A DNA stretch of 64,000 nt from Chrysomallon squamiferum (lineage: Eukaryota > Animalia > Mollusca): assembly GCA_012295275.1 (NCBI GenBank), contig CM022667.1, positions 3,596,001 through 3,660,000 on the forward strand, given 5' to 3'. Below, one piece after another: positions 1 to 14,372 of the stretch. The position numbers and the translations under genes were made by a program. The first letter of the stretch is position 1. The number at the start of each line of letters is the position of its first letter. The notes beneath the pieces are model-generated. The model did not search any database. It was given only the letters and a program-made list of their open reading frames with translations, and was not told where the DNA came from.

Positions 1-1628
1 CTGGCTAATTTTCTTTTTTTTTTCTACTTTTCTTTTCTTCTTTTCTTCTTCTTTCTTTTCATCTTTTCTGTTTTTATTTATTTGTTTTTGTTTTCAGTTG
101 TTTTTCTTTCTTCTTTTTCAGATGTTTCTTTAATTCAATTTATTTCTTTTCTTGTTTTTAATCAATTTTAAGTTGTTGATTATAAACTGGTTTAGATTTT
201 TTTTTTTTTTTTTAAATTATTTATAAACTTGTATTTAAATTCCTGGTTATTTGAGAATGTGTTGTTTGTGTTATTAAACAATGTATATGTTTTGATACTA
301 AAATGAATGTGTGTGTATATTGAGTATGTACATGTGTATGTTTGTGTGTGTGTGTGTGTGTTTTATTTTTTTTGATTAGTTATATTTACATATGTTTAAA
401 AGTTATGTAACCCATCAGAGGATATTAGCAGCATGTTTAATTAATTTATAAGCTTGTTTTAATGTCTGGATGATTTTACAAGCTTGATGGAAGTTTTCAA
501 TAATATTTCCTATTTCTTTATCATCATCATCATCATCATCATCATCATTATTCTTATTAAATCATCATCATTAGTAGTAGCAGGTATTGCCATTATTTAT
601 CATCATCGTCATCTTCATCAATATTGTTAATTAACTAATTAAAAGCTTATTGATTTTGTTTTCTTTGATAAAAAAAACAAGAACATTTGTTGTTTTTTAC
701 CCCCCCACCCTAAAAAGCAATTATTAAGAATATTTAATCTTTGAGATTATTTCACTAATGTGCACTTAAAAGGTTTTTTGTTTAATCATTATTTGTTACC
801 CAGGCAGCTGTGTTTTTTTTTTTTTTTTTTTTGATAATGTTTTAATGTCATTAAAATTAGAAAAACTCATTTTCTTAATTAGTTAACCCGGCTGGGTCCA
901 AGATTCTCGTTAACCTTTAGCTTCGTTAAAGTATACTTTCATTGTTTACCCATTATTCTTTTTCTTTTCCTTTTGTCCAAATTAGCTAAATGTTGAAGAT
1001 TTACAACAGGAAAGAAAAAAAAAAAAAAAAAAAAAAAACAATTATTTAAAATGTTAAGAAAGAAAAAAAAGATATTTTCAGAACATGTGTTCAATGAAAA
1101 ATGTTTATTTTTATTATTGTTTCTTTTTTTTTTTTTTTTTTATAAATATAAGTTCACTGAGGACAGTGTGAAATTAATGTACTTCGGTATTAATTAATTT
1201 TCCTTGAACATATTTTTTTTTTTTTTTTTTTTTGGTCATGGTCTTAGTTTATATTTTTTTTTTTTAAATTGTTATTTATTTAATTAAATTATTTTATTTT
1301 TAATTATTTTTGGTCTATTTTTCACGTCAATGTTTTATTTTCTTTTTCTTTTTATTCACTGTTTCTTTTATTATTATTCTCTCTTTCTTTCTTTCTTTCT
1401 TTCTTTCGTATTCTTTCATTATTTTTATTTATTCTTTATTTCTTTTTTTCATTTATTTTCTGGTTTGACTACAGTTCTGTGATGTCAAGGAAATTAAAAT
1501 AAAAATAAAAATTTCTCTTTCTTTTTTCAAACACTTTCTTTCATTCTATAATAATATGTTGACATTTCATTTTTATTTTGCTTAATACCTGACTTACTGA
1601 TTAACCTCAATAGATGTAGGAATATACA

Positions 1629-1660
<32 letters not shown>

Positions 1661-1799
1661 ATTTTATGATGCTCAGAAATATATATTTTTTTAAAATCCA
1701 TCTAGTGACAGAGAACTTGTTTCATCAATAGAAAACATTTTAATTTTCTTTCTAAATACATTTTTAGGTTATAGTATTACAACTATATAATCATAGTAA

Positions 1800-1927
1800 T
1801 AGCACAGTAGTTGTGGAAGTAGCAGTTGTAGTAGTAGTGATAGAAGTAGTGGTGGTAGTAGTACTAGTGCCGGTAATAACATAGTAATAGTAGTAGACTT
1901 AGTAGTACTGTAGTATTAGTAGTAATC

Positions 1928-1979
<52 letters not shown>

Positions 1980-1990
1980 GTGTTGTAGTG
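1800..1990. repeat. (TAG)n microsatellite with a degenerate flank
   Basis: Seen directly in the sequence. Confidence 0.9.
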
Positions 1991-3193
1991 GTGTTGATGC
2001 TGGTACTAGGTTTAACAGAAGAAGTAATTCTAACTTTAAACAAAATTCAGACAAGTCTTTTTCTGTTTTGTTCTTCTAAATTTTTTTTTACTTTTCACAA
2101 ATTGTTGTTTATTGTTTATTTATTTATTTATTTATTTTTTATTATTATTATGTTGTTTTTTTTTGTTACAGACACACACACACACAAACACCTAAACATA
2201 CAAACAGCTTATTAACATGGTTCTTTTTTTTCTTCTTTTTTTTTTTTTTCCGCTAAACTACACAGACCTGGTCTGCTAATCCATAAATTAACACAGTAAT
2301 TGTTCCTTCTCATTCTTTTCTCGTTGATTGCCTCAGGTGAATGCCTCCTGAAATTAAGACACACTTACCTGGTCGCAGGGCCAATTCCTCCCCACAAAGG
2401 TGCCGTTATTACCTGTAATTACCTGCAAACTGGCCTTTGTCTCAGCGAGCAGCTTCAAGTTTTGTACTTGTCAGATCTGCACGAGCCTTTGTATTCAGCT
2501 CGGAGATCGCAATTCACAGTCCGCTGATTATAGTCTTATTATTATTATTACTATTATAGTATTAATTGGCACAAACTCATTAATACAGGATTATATCTAC
2601 CTACACGCAGTGATACCACGATTGTTATTAACACATACATACGTATATGAATATATATATAAATATAAATATAAATATAAATATATAGATAGATATATTG
2701 TTGTACACACAGTCATTAACTTCTGAATATGTGATTGCTTTTTTATGTATACCTATGTATATATATTTTTTAATTATTTATTATTTGCTTGGTATATATA
2801 TATTTTTTTTAAATATTGTGACTGTGACTGGTTTTGTGTTTGACAACAGAATATCAGGTAAGATAATTAATTCTCAAACAATATGGTAGGTTGTTTTAAT
2901 TTTTTTTTTTTGTAGTTTATATTTATTTATTGTTATTGTTGATGTTTTAGGGTTTGAAGTAGTTTTGTTTTTTGGGTTGTGTTTTTTTTTTTCATGAAGA
3001 AAATCTCTGAATTTCTGTTGTTCTTGTTAATAAGGTTTAATTTGTCAGTGAGTTTGTAATCAGATTAGTTCATAAACATGTCTGCCTTGTTGTAGTTTTA
3101 TATAACATACCTTAACATGCCTGAAAAGAGAGAGAGAGACAGAAAGTGAGCAATGGTAGACAGAGAAAGATATAAAAAGTAAGTGGAAGGGAT

Positions 3194-3225
<32 letters not shown>

Positions 3226-3816
3226 ATGGAATGGAGAGAGGAAAAAAGGTAATGAGAAAAAAAAGGATGGAAGAAAACAGTGTGAGAAAGATTATCAGAG
3301 AGTGAATGAAAAATTGAAAACCTTGTTTTAAACACACACACACACACACACACACATACATGTGTCATACATATATATGAGGGTGTACTTTAACTGAAAG
3401 TATCAATTTAACACATACAGGGAATGAAGATAATTATTATTTTATTTATAAACATTTGGGGATGCATTTGAATTCAACATTATATATATTATATATTCAG
3501 AATTATATATATATATTATATTATATTTATTATTTATATTTGGGGACATATTAGAATTCAACATGACATTCATACAGCTTATTAAATTCATCAACATCCC
3601 AGGAACCAGTACAAGTTTTGTTTTTATTTTTATTTGTTTAGTCTGCTTGTTGTGTCATGTTTTAATTAAATTTCCCATCTGTTTGTTTCTAATTTATGTG
3701 GCAGCAGTTAGGAGTACAGTAAAGCAGTAAATAAACACAAGCGTTTATTTACCAGTAGGCATGAAATATTGATGTTTGTTTATCGAGTACTCTGCTTAGA
3801 TTATTATGAAGGAGAG

Positions 3817-3861
<45 letters not shown>

Positions 3862-3942
3862 GTCAATGTTGAATAATATGTAAAAGAATTATTTTTATAT
3901 ATACATTTACAAGTATTTCACATATAAATATACACGCACGCA

Positions 3943-3973
<31 letters not shown>

Positions 3974-3980
3974 GCCCACA

Positions 3981-4021
<41 letters not shown>

Positions 4022-4793
4022 GTTTGTTTGCATATGTTATGTATGCTTACGAAACCCATACAAATTATTTCCTTAATATTTTCTTTTTCAAACCATATCA
4101 TCTGTTTTTATTTTTTATTCTTCTAAAAATCTCTCTCTCTCAGTTTTTCTTAATTTCTTTCTTTCTTTTTTTCCCTTTTCCTTTCTTCTGCGAGATATTT
4201 AGAGAATGCAGAGTTAAAAAAGATGAGAGCAGAAATGCATTCTGACATTAACAGTTCATTTTTTAATAAGTTTTTGTTAAAGTGCTGCCTTCCTTTATTA
4301 TTCTCTACCCTCGAAAGATGTTAAACTTTTGTGTTCCCATCTCACCACAAATGAATATATTTTCTGCTTCACTTCACTGCTTCAGCACCACTTTTTCAAT
4401 GTTTATTCAGTAGGAATGGTTACCTTTTTTTTTCTTCCACCATCTTCTTTGAAAAATCTTTGGGATTTTTTTTAATTATTATTATTATTATTATTTTATT
4501 TTTTTTTTTTTTTTTCTCAAAGAATAAGTGTGATAGAGAACAGAAAAAGATAATATGTTTTTTTTAGGATGTCTCTGAAGCTATTGAGAAACTTGTTAAG
4601 AAAGAATTTAAATTTTTTTAATTTTATTTAATAAGTATTTAAGAAATAAGTACTAGAGTATGTAATGTTGTTTATATGCTGTTGATTGTAGTTCATACTA
4701 AAGAAAGAGATATAGAGGTAAAAATAAAATACACCAATATAGTTTGTGTACATTAATAAGTATTTTTAGTGTGAGTTGGAGAGAAAGTAAGAA

Positions 4794-5147
<354 letters not shown>

Positions 5148-5865
5148 GTGGAGAGATTTCTTAAAAACACAAGGAGAAAAAAAAAAAAAAAAAAAAAAAA
5201 CATTTTGAGAAAAGCTGAAAAGTAATTAAAAGTTTTAAGTGAGGACATAAACACAACATCAACACCATCCTCAACATGCATTTGACTTCATAAACATTTC
5301 CAAAAAAAATTAAAAAAAATAATAATAATTAAAAAAAATTCTCCGTTCTTGTGAGAATCGCAGCATACGTGTATATATGTGGTAGTAATAATGATAATTT
5401 CGGCTGTCACTTTTGCTAAGAAAAACAATATTTCACACCCTCGCTCCCTTTCTTGTGATCCACCATGGAACAAACCAGCCAGGCGGCGGTATTATGTATG
5501 TACAGAGAACATTCCTTACATAGATCTTTATAGGACAGAGCTGGCATATCTCGTGTCATGCTGAAACTGTGAAATTGTTGGTTATTTTGTAACAGAAACC
5601 AGCAAAAAAGTGTCTTAAGTTTTAATTTAATGAATTCTGCTTCTAAAGAAGAAGAAGGAAAAGCAATAAGGCTTGTGTAGTGTGAGATAAATAATAATAA
5701 TTTTTGGGATTTGTTAATGGAATTGGATGAATTTAGTTTTAAGGATGATATGGTGGTATCTGTGGGGTTTTTTTTTGAGGGTTTTTGAAATTTATTTTAT
5801 TTATTTATTTTATTTTAATTATTTTGTTTTATTTTATTTTATTTATTTTATTTATTTTATTTATT

Positions 5866-5896
<31 letters not shown>

Positions 5897-7234
5897 TTTT
5901 ATTTATTTTATTTATTTTATTTTATTTTTATTTTATTTTATTTATATATTTATTTATTTATATTAGTCAAATGTTGTTATTTAAAAAAAGAATAACTGTT
6001 ATATACAAAAAAAGAAATACATTTTTCTCTTAAAGATCTATTTCTTAAAACAGTTTTTTTTTTTTTTAAATGTTTTTTTGTAGATATTTCTCACTGAATT
6101 GATTAAGTTTTTCAAAAAAACAAAACTGTAAAATAAATGTATGTTTATTGTAGAAGAATCCATGAAATTAAATTAAAAAATTGTCTCCTCTTTTTTTTAA
6201 AATTCTGTATTACTGTAATTTAAACATTATAGGTCTTATTCCTTCTTAGTTTTTTTCTCTTTTTTTAAAAATCTTTTTTCTTCTTCTTCTTTTTTTTGTA
6301 TTTGAATTGAATTGTTTTTAACAAGTCAAACTAATTTTATATTTATTTTGTTTTAATTTTAATTTTTTTTTTTTTTTTTTTTCTGTTTTGCATGCTTCTT
6401 TTTTTATTTTGTTCTTTTTTTTTTTTCCATTCTTATAACATTTGAGCTATAATATCTTTCCATTCTTAATTTAATATTTATGCTGTTTATAAAAATTTTA
6501 ATTATAATTACTTCTTAAAATTTATTTTCAATTGCACTTTATATTTGAAGTTTTTAATTTTCAAACCATTCTATAAAAAAAAAAAAAATTATTTCTAATC
6601 GGTGTATTTCTAATCTAATACTTATCAGTTAATTAACAATATTTAAAACACAAAAAAAATACAAAATAAAAATCCTCTGAAAAACGAGGCTTTTATTTTT
6701 TTTTTTTTTTTTTTTTAATTTATGAAAGAATTTTTGATGCAAAAATTATATATTCCTTTCTTTCATCATTCATTAATTAAATCTGGAAATAATTTGTTTT
6801 AATTTTCCATTTCCTTTCCTTTCATCTTACATTTTTCTTTATTTATTTTTTTTTAACATTTTTTGTTCTTGTTGTGTGTAGTATTTCTTTTCAAAACTGA
6901 CTTCTTTTTTTTTTCATTGCTAATATAAAATAGAAATAAATTGCATAAAAATGAACTTAAACAGGATACAGAAAGAAAAAAAAAAATCTAAATTTGTTTA
7001 TCCCCCCCATCAATAAATATTAATTAATTTAAAAACTATAATGAGTATTTAATGTTTAAAACTAATTACATATTCATTTATTATAATTTATCAGTTTCAT
7101 GATTACAAACACATTCATGCACACAACCACACACAAACACACACACAGACATAATATATATCATTATCACCATTACATTCATAATTAATCATTAATATAT
7201 TTATACATATTATTACAAACATAATCATACTTCA

Positions 7235-7293
<59 letters not shown>

Positions 7294-7536
7294 TATATAT
7301 AAATATACATAATTACCTCTAAATACATACATACATACATACATACATACATACATACACAAACAATTTTCCATTGCTGTCTTTCATTAACAAATTAGAC
7401 CCACATTTTAATTTTCCCACAATAAAACAAAAATCTGTCTTAAACAAGAAATGTTTTAAAAGTCAATTTAAAGCAAAAAAAAAAAAAAAAAAAAAAAAAA
7501 CAAATGAACCTGTTGGAATTCAACTTGCCCGAGATG

Positions 7537-7584
<48 letters not shown>

Positions 7585-7609
7585 GAGAGAATGTTTTACA
7601 AGTGTGAAA

Positions 7610-8346
7610 CCATGCTAACTGTAATCAAGCGTCACCTTTTCTGAAAACGACCCTCGAGTGCAACCTGTACAAGACAAATCATTAGCACATGGCAGCAGAC
7701 AGACAGACAGAGAGAGGGGGGAGGGAGAAAAAAGAAAAGAAAAAAAAAAAGGGGTCCCACTGGACAACAAGGGTACACACAGCTTTTTTTTTTTTTCCAT
7801 TTTTTTTTTTTTTTTTTTTCTCTGAGAAATAAAAGTGAAAATATGAGGTCAAGAAGTCATTCTTCTCTCTCGCCCGCCTGCCTCGCACTACTAACAAAGC
7901 TATATCCCAGGCTGGAAGAGGCAGGCCGAGGAATAAAGACAGCACCTGTGATCCATGCCTCTGTCATTGGCACGACTGTAATTAGTTATTTGCATACGAT
8001 ACGCTTGAGCAGAGCAATCCGGTTGGACCAGAGGGGAAACCGAGCAGACAGGGAGGCCTGATTAGTCGTTGTTTTTCTAACTACAGCATGGAATCGTCCC
8101 CCCTTCTCGGTCTGACTTCATTAGCCAGTCATTGCCAGTGATTCAGTTTTCATTTATCATTTTCTCTGGCTGGATGGATGGTGTACTACCACTACTACTA
8201 CTACTGTGTGTGTGTTGTGTTTAAAAACTGTGTTGGCCCCCTTGATTCGGTTCGTGTTGTTCGTTTCGTTTCGTGTTGTTCGTTATTCTCAGGCTATTAC
8301 TACTACAACTACTACAACTACTACTATTTTCACACCTTTTCTCGTG
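7610..8346 (+). promoter_or_regulatory. Candidate promoter and non-coding first exon (~8145-8346) of the ZFHX gene
   Basis: GC- and CpG-enriched island in an AT-rich background, ATTGG near 7966, Inr-like TCAGTT at 8143-8148, and a consensus donor GTG|GTAAGT at 8347. Confidence 0.5.
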
Positions 8347-9517
8347 GTAAGTTGAATGACTTTATTTTTAGTTTTCATTTTTTTTTTTTTTTTTTTTTTT
8401 TATTATCTGTCTTCTTCCTGTTTTCTGCATGGCTAGTTATCTCTGTGACAGAATGCGTGTGTTCGGGGTGAGAGTCCATACATCACAACAGTTTACTGGG
8501 GTTGGTTTTTTTTTCCACACTGTTTTGTTCTTTCGTGGCTTTTTCTAACACGATCTCTTCTTTTTTTCTTTTTTATTTCTTTAAACGTGGCTATTATACA
8601 TAACTACACACACTGCCGACATTAAATACAACTTTGTTAAATATCCTCTCTGCCTCCTCCCACATTGCTCCTGCTCCTACATTTCCCCCTGATTCGCTTG
8701 AGAGAGGGTTTAACTGTGTTAAGACCCGGCAGTGTTTATGAGAACTAGACAAGTCTGATTTCGCTGTTTTGGTTTCAGTAGCTCTATTATGTAACAGCCA
8801 TAATCTGATTGTGCATGGCTGGTAGGCACTTTCCTCATGTTCGTAACACGAGAAAGTTCATCTGCAGCGTAGTCGGAACAAGATGTCAGACAGGTACATT
8901 GTTACTTCTGACAGATAGCTACTACACAGACTGCCACAGCATACACAGCGATATCACACACACACAAACAGATAGGATGTAAAGTGATATTATAGACTGT
9001 GTAATATATACACATATGTGTATATATATATATAGAGAGAGAGAGAGAGATATAGTAAATATATATATGTATGTATGTATGTACAGGTTGTATGTACAGC
9101 CATTATACCAGTCATGTAATTTATTATAATACACAGAAAATAAAATAATTATTAATTCACAGATAAAAATAAATATTAATAATTTGTACGTGTGCACTGG
9201 TAATAAATACACATACCAAAACAACTGCAGGCAGACACGCACACACAGTAACACAAAACAAAAACACACACAATAACACAATAACACAAAAACGATACAC
9301 ACACAAACACACACTCTTTCGATGTCAAAGCACAGATTGCTCACAGTTAAATACTCACACAAAGCGAGAGAAAGAGGAAACGAACGTCTCGGTGCTTTAA
9401 CTCACGCCGAGATTGTTACTGTTGTGTTTCTGCACTTGTTACAGGGCCATAACTCCAGCCTGTTGAGACCAGCCTGTGTCGCTATTTGATCAGCTTAAAC
9501 TCACACACACTCACACT

Positions 9518-9559
<42 letters not shown>

Positions 9560-9779
9560 CTCACTCACCAGTGCTAGGCTTGACTTAATAACATGTTTTA
9601 ACTATCACTTCAATTCTTCTTTGTTGTGTTATGCAAACTGTGCTCCTTGTTTGCCAGTGCAATCTAATAGATGTCTATCGGTATTCGTGAGGTGTTTTTG
9701 TTTTTTTGTGTTTTTTTTCATGGAGGTTTTTGTCAAATATCTCTGGCATTTGTAATCCTCCTCCAGTTCCAATCCATAA

Positions 9780-10470
9780 AAGAAATTGGCATTTGTAATA
9801 CTGATTTATTTAACATTTAAATGCTGTGTTTATATTTGTAATATTAATGCCAGTTTAACGTTAAAATACGTGTGTTGTATTTATAGTAAGAGAAACTAGT
9901 ACTTGTAATACTGATGCAAGTTTATTTAACATTTAAATACTTTGTTACATTTGTAATACTGATGCAAGTTTATTTAACATTTAAATACTGTGTTACATTT
10001 GTAATATTAATGCAAGTTTATTTAACATTTAAATACTTTGTGTATATTTGTAATATTAATGCAAGTTTATTTAACATTTAAATACTGTGTTATATTTGTA
10101 TTATTAAAACCAGTTTAACTTTTAAATACTTTGTTATATTAGTAATATTAATACCAGTTTAACATTTAAATACTGTTATATTTATAGTAAAAGAAATTGG
10201 TATTTTTAATATCAAGACAAGTTTATTTAACATTTAAATACTGTTATATTTATAGTAAAAGAAATTGGTATTTTTAATATCAATACAAGTTTATTTAACA
10301 TTTAAATATTGTTATAGTTTATTACAAAAGAAATTAGTTTTTTTTTTATAAATTAACACTTAAATACTGTTTCATTTATTAAAAATAAATTAGTTTTTTT
10401 ATTTATAAAATTAACACCGAAATACTGTTATATTTATTACAGAAGAAACTGGTATTTGTAATATTAACAC
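9780..10470. repeat. AT-rich minisatellite with a ~48 bp unit (TTTGTAATACTGATGCAAGTTTATTTAACATTTAAATACTGTGTTACA), degenerating at both ends
   Basis: The core TTTAACATTTAAATACT recurs at regular spacing. Confidence 0.88.
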
Positions 10471-10553
10471 AAAAATTAAAACCGTAACTAACTATAGTAG
10501 GAATCATACACAGTAATATATAAAGTTTTTATCAGATATATCTACATGTATGT

Positions 10554-10591
<38 letters not shown>

Positions 10592-11489
10592 TTAAATCCC
10601 CTTGCTCCCAGGTCACACTCTGTTTCAACACCATATCTAAATGTGCTGTGTGTCTGTTGAACTGTTTGTTCCATAGAGCACACAGTGTGCTTTTAAAAAC
10701 TTGTCTGATAAGGTGACTGCTTGATCCGGGGTCAGGGCTGTCAGTCTATCACTCAGTGGTAGGTAATGGGCTGGACTGTCCACCTGGGCATGGCACATTC
10801 AGCCCTGTCCCCTGGGGAGAGAGGGAGGAGGCCAGGGGGGGGGGGGAAAGATGTCAGACGTAGCCTGGGTATCAGAGGAGGTGGGAGGGGCATGACAGTT
10901 ATTCAGATGTGAAATTAGTGATAGATTATTTTGGTTGCTGTAGTAGCAGATGACTGTGAGTACAGTTAAACTGTTGATGCCGGTGTAGTAGTTGGAGATG
11001 TGAATTACCTTAAGCTGTTGTAGTTGGTGTAATTGTTGGTGTGCCACCGTAGTAAGCTGTTAATGTGAGTCTGATTTACTGATGGAAGTGAAGCTACTGT
11101 GAGAGATTGTCGATGTTGTAGTAGTTGGTGATGTGAATAGAATCTGATCCTCTCACAGAGATGATGCTGCTGTGAATGATCAGTGGGTGAGGCAGTAGAT
11201 GGGGATGGGACTCAGAGGGGGGAGGGTGTGAGTTGTTGTTACCAGGGGGAGGTCTTACTGCTAGTACAAGTGCAGATACTGTTAATGCCGGTGTTAGCTG
11301 GAGGATGATATTGTGTTGGTGGTCCAAACAGGTGTAACTGTTGCATGCTGGGAAGGCTTGTTTTGTTACTTGGAGCGTGAAGTATAGGTTTTACAGGAAG
11401 ATGAATGAACTGTTGAAGATTTAACAGTGAGCCAGTTCTTTTCAGTTCACTGTTAAACTACTTATACACACACACTGTCTGAACACTAC

Positions 11490-11880
11490 ACACTGATACA
11501 CATTTAATATTGTTACAGAGTCAGGTTACTACATAGTGATACATTTAAATATTTGTACACAGCCTATTAATACATAGTGATACATTTAATATTAATACAG
11601 TCTGTTAATACATAGTGATACATTTAATATTATTGCAGAGTCAGGTTGCTTCATAGTGATATATATTTAATACTGTTTATTAATACACAGTGATACATTT
11701 AATATCAGTACACAGTCATGTATATTGATATACATTTAATATCAGTACACAGTCATGTTACTATATATATTGATATATATTTAATATTAATATACAGTCT
11801 ATTAATTCATAGTGATACATATTTAATATTAGTATATAGCCCTTGAACTATATACTGATATACATTTAATATTAGTATGG
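11490..11880. repeat. Degenerate minisatellite with core CATAGTGATACATTTAATATT, ~35-40 bp period
   Basis: About ten recurrences of GATACATTTAATAT or close variants. Confidence 0.8.
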
Positions 11881-12461
11881 AGTAAATATATCTTAGAAAT
11901 AATGATTTTATATTTTAGTATATACATACTTACACATACACATACACACACACACATATAAGCATACATACATACATACCTATATACCTACCTACCTACA
12001 CATTTACATAGCTGATACACACAGAAACGCATGTTTAAAGATATATAATTTTAATTGCTGACTTACAGATGATAAATACATTTTCTCATATTTTTAATTT
12101 CCTCCAAGACACCTTTTTATCATTATCAGCCTGACTATTGTAAACAACAGTCAGTAATCAACACAGACATTTTCTTTTGTTGTTTTTTGTTTCTTTGTAA
12201 CATGTGTAAACAATAAACCTTCTGAGATCAATAAAAACAAACAGTTTAAAATTAAAAAGAACATTAAGGATTTTTTTAAAAAAAAGAATTCAGTTCAATA
12301 AATTACTTAAATGTTGTAAATTACAACTTTTAAAATATTTGCAAAAGTGTTATTTATTATGGTCATCAGTCAAAAAGAAATTATTAAAAAAAAAGAAAAT
12401 TATTTAAAAAAATAAGTAAATAAATAAATAAAAGTTTTAAAGAAATATATCCACATAAAAA

Positions 12462-12497
<36 letters not shown>

Positions 12498-12527
12498 GTT
12501 CCACACACATATATAGATATATATATA

Positions 12528-12563
<36 letters not shown>

Positions 12564-12983
12564 TATATTATAAAAAATATGTAATGATAATGTTACTTGA
12601 TCATTACAATGCTCTCCCTCCCTGGTACAGGGGTGGGGAGAGTAAGTATGTTGTGTACAGTTCAGTTGTGATATATATCACATTGTCAGTGATGGTGTGG
12701 ATTCGTTTAAAGGTTAATTATAGTAATCTAAAAGCAAATGTGACTCACATCTTTCACCAACAAAAGGTATTTTCTTATACCCTGACTGAGTTCGGTCTGC
12801 AGTTCTTTTTCTCTTTTTGTTTTCTCACCTGATAAGAATGGGGGTCGTATCAAAAGTCTTTCCCAGCGTGTTAGTAAATCCTTTTTATCACGAGAACAGA
12901 ATTAATGAGTTACAGTGCAGGTTTTTTTTTTTTTAATATTTTGAGAGTTTTTCTTAAGACCCCAAAATCAGCCAGTTAAAAGT

Positions 12984-13024
<41 letters not shown>

Positions 13025-13521
13025 CGTGCATAGCATGTTAATATCATCGTTGTGAAAAATAAAAATAAAAAGTGTTTTTGATACTATGTAAAATGAGGTT
13101 AACGAAAACCATTTTTGAAATGTAATATTTTAATAATTCCTTTTTAAAGTTTTTTTCCTAAGTTAATGACAGAGCGAATTTTTTTGAAAAATTATTTGCA
13201 AAAACTGTCTTTATAATGTTGTTTTAGTTTTTTTTTTTAATATTAATAATATACTTGGATATGTTGTCTGAAACACAGAAATAGATTGAAGAGGATTAGT
13301 ACTTAAAAGATCAGAAGACTGTTCACTAATTATTTAGTTTATACAGTCCTTTGTCAAATATTTAGTTTATTAATTAATTCTTCTACAAATCTTTAGTTAA
13401 AAAACAACAACAAACGAATAATAATAATAATAATAATAATCTGGACTATAAAAAATAGTTTTCAGAGTCCATTAATCAAATATTGTTTATAGGTACATGT
13501 GTGTGTGTATGTATGTGAATA

Positions 13522-13553
<32 letters not shown>

Positions 13554-13562
13554 GTATGTATG

Positions 13563-13594
<32 letters not shown>

Positions 13595-14257
13595 TGTATG
13601 TATGTATGTATGTATGTACATACATATTAATATTAATACTAAGAATATTTCAACTGTTTCAAAACAACCAACTATTTTTCCTGGCACGTCAAACTAAAAC
13701 ATTTACAAAGATCTGTAAGAACATAAAAAAAGCAGCCTGCAGAACCTATCACACTATTAATATCTCTGACAAAGTTGGTTAAAATGCAAAAAAAAAAGCC
13801 CTAGGGCATCTTACTAATTATAAACCAACAAAGAAAGCTCATTGTGAATCAAGGTGGCCTGAATGGCTTGGGTAAACCAAGTTGTTTGTCGTTGGTTCGT
13901 AAGATTTGAAAATAGCTGACTTCACTGAAAAACGTATGTCCTCCTTGTAACAACGTATGTACATTGAAATACATTTATTTATATGATTACGTTGATGTAA
14001 TACTTTGTGTTCTTTGTGTTACTGATGGTACTACTACAATATTAGAACTCTGTGATACTGCATTCAGTATTATTACGTAGTAGTGACAGGGCGCTTACTG
14101 TTTGTAAACAGTGGAATGCGATATTACGCAGTAATACTACGTTCACCATTAATACACTGTAACACTATATTTATTACCAGTATACAGCAATATTACATTT
14201 AGTGCATTCATAGGTAATATGACATTTATTGTTACTACTACACAGAGATATCTGTGA

Positions 14258-14293
<36 letters not shown>

Positions 14294-14331
14294 AGATGTT
14301 AGTGTGTAAGTATGGATTGATAAATGTATAA

Positions 14332-14372
<41 letters not shown>

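Noticed and set aside
2361-2530. Start resembling U1 snRNA (ACTTACCTGG...CAGGG...CACAAAGGTG)
   Set aside because: It lacks the U1-70K loop (GATCACGAAG), the U1A loop (ATTGCAC) and an Sm site at the expected distance.
4381-4400. TTCAGCACC, a REST/RE1 left half-site (also near 14893)
   Set aside because: No GGACAG right half-site at the canonical spacing.
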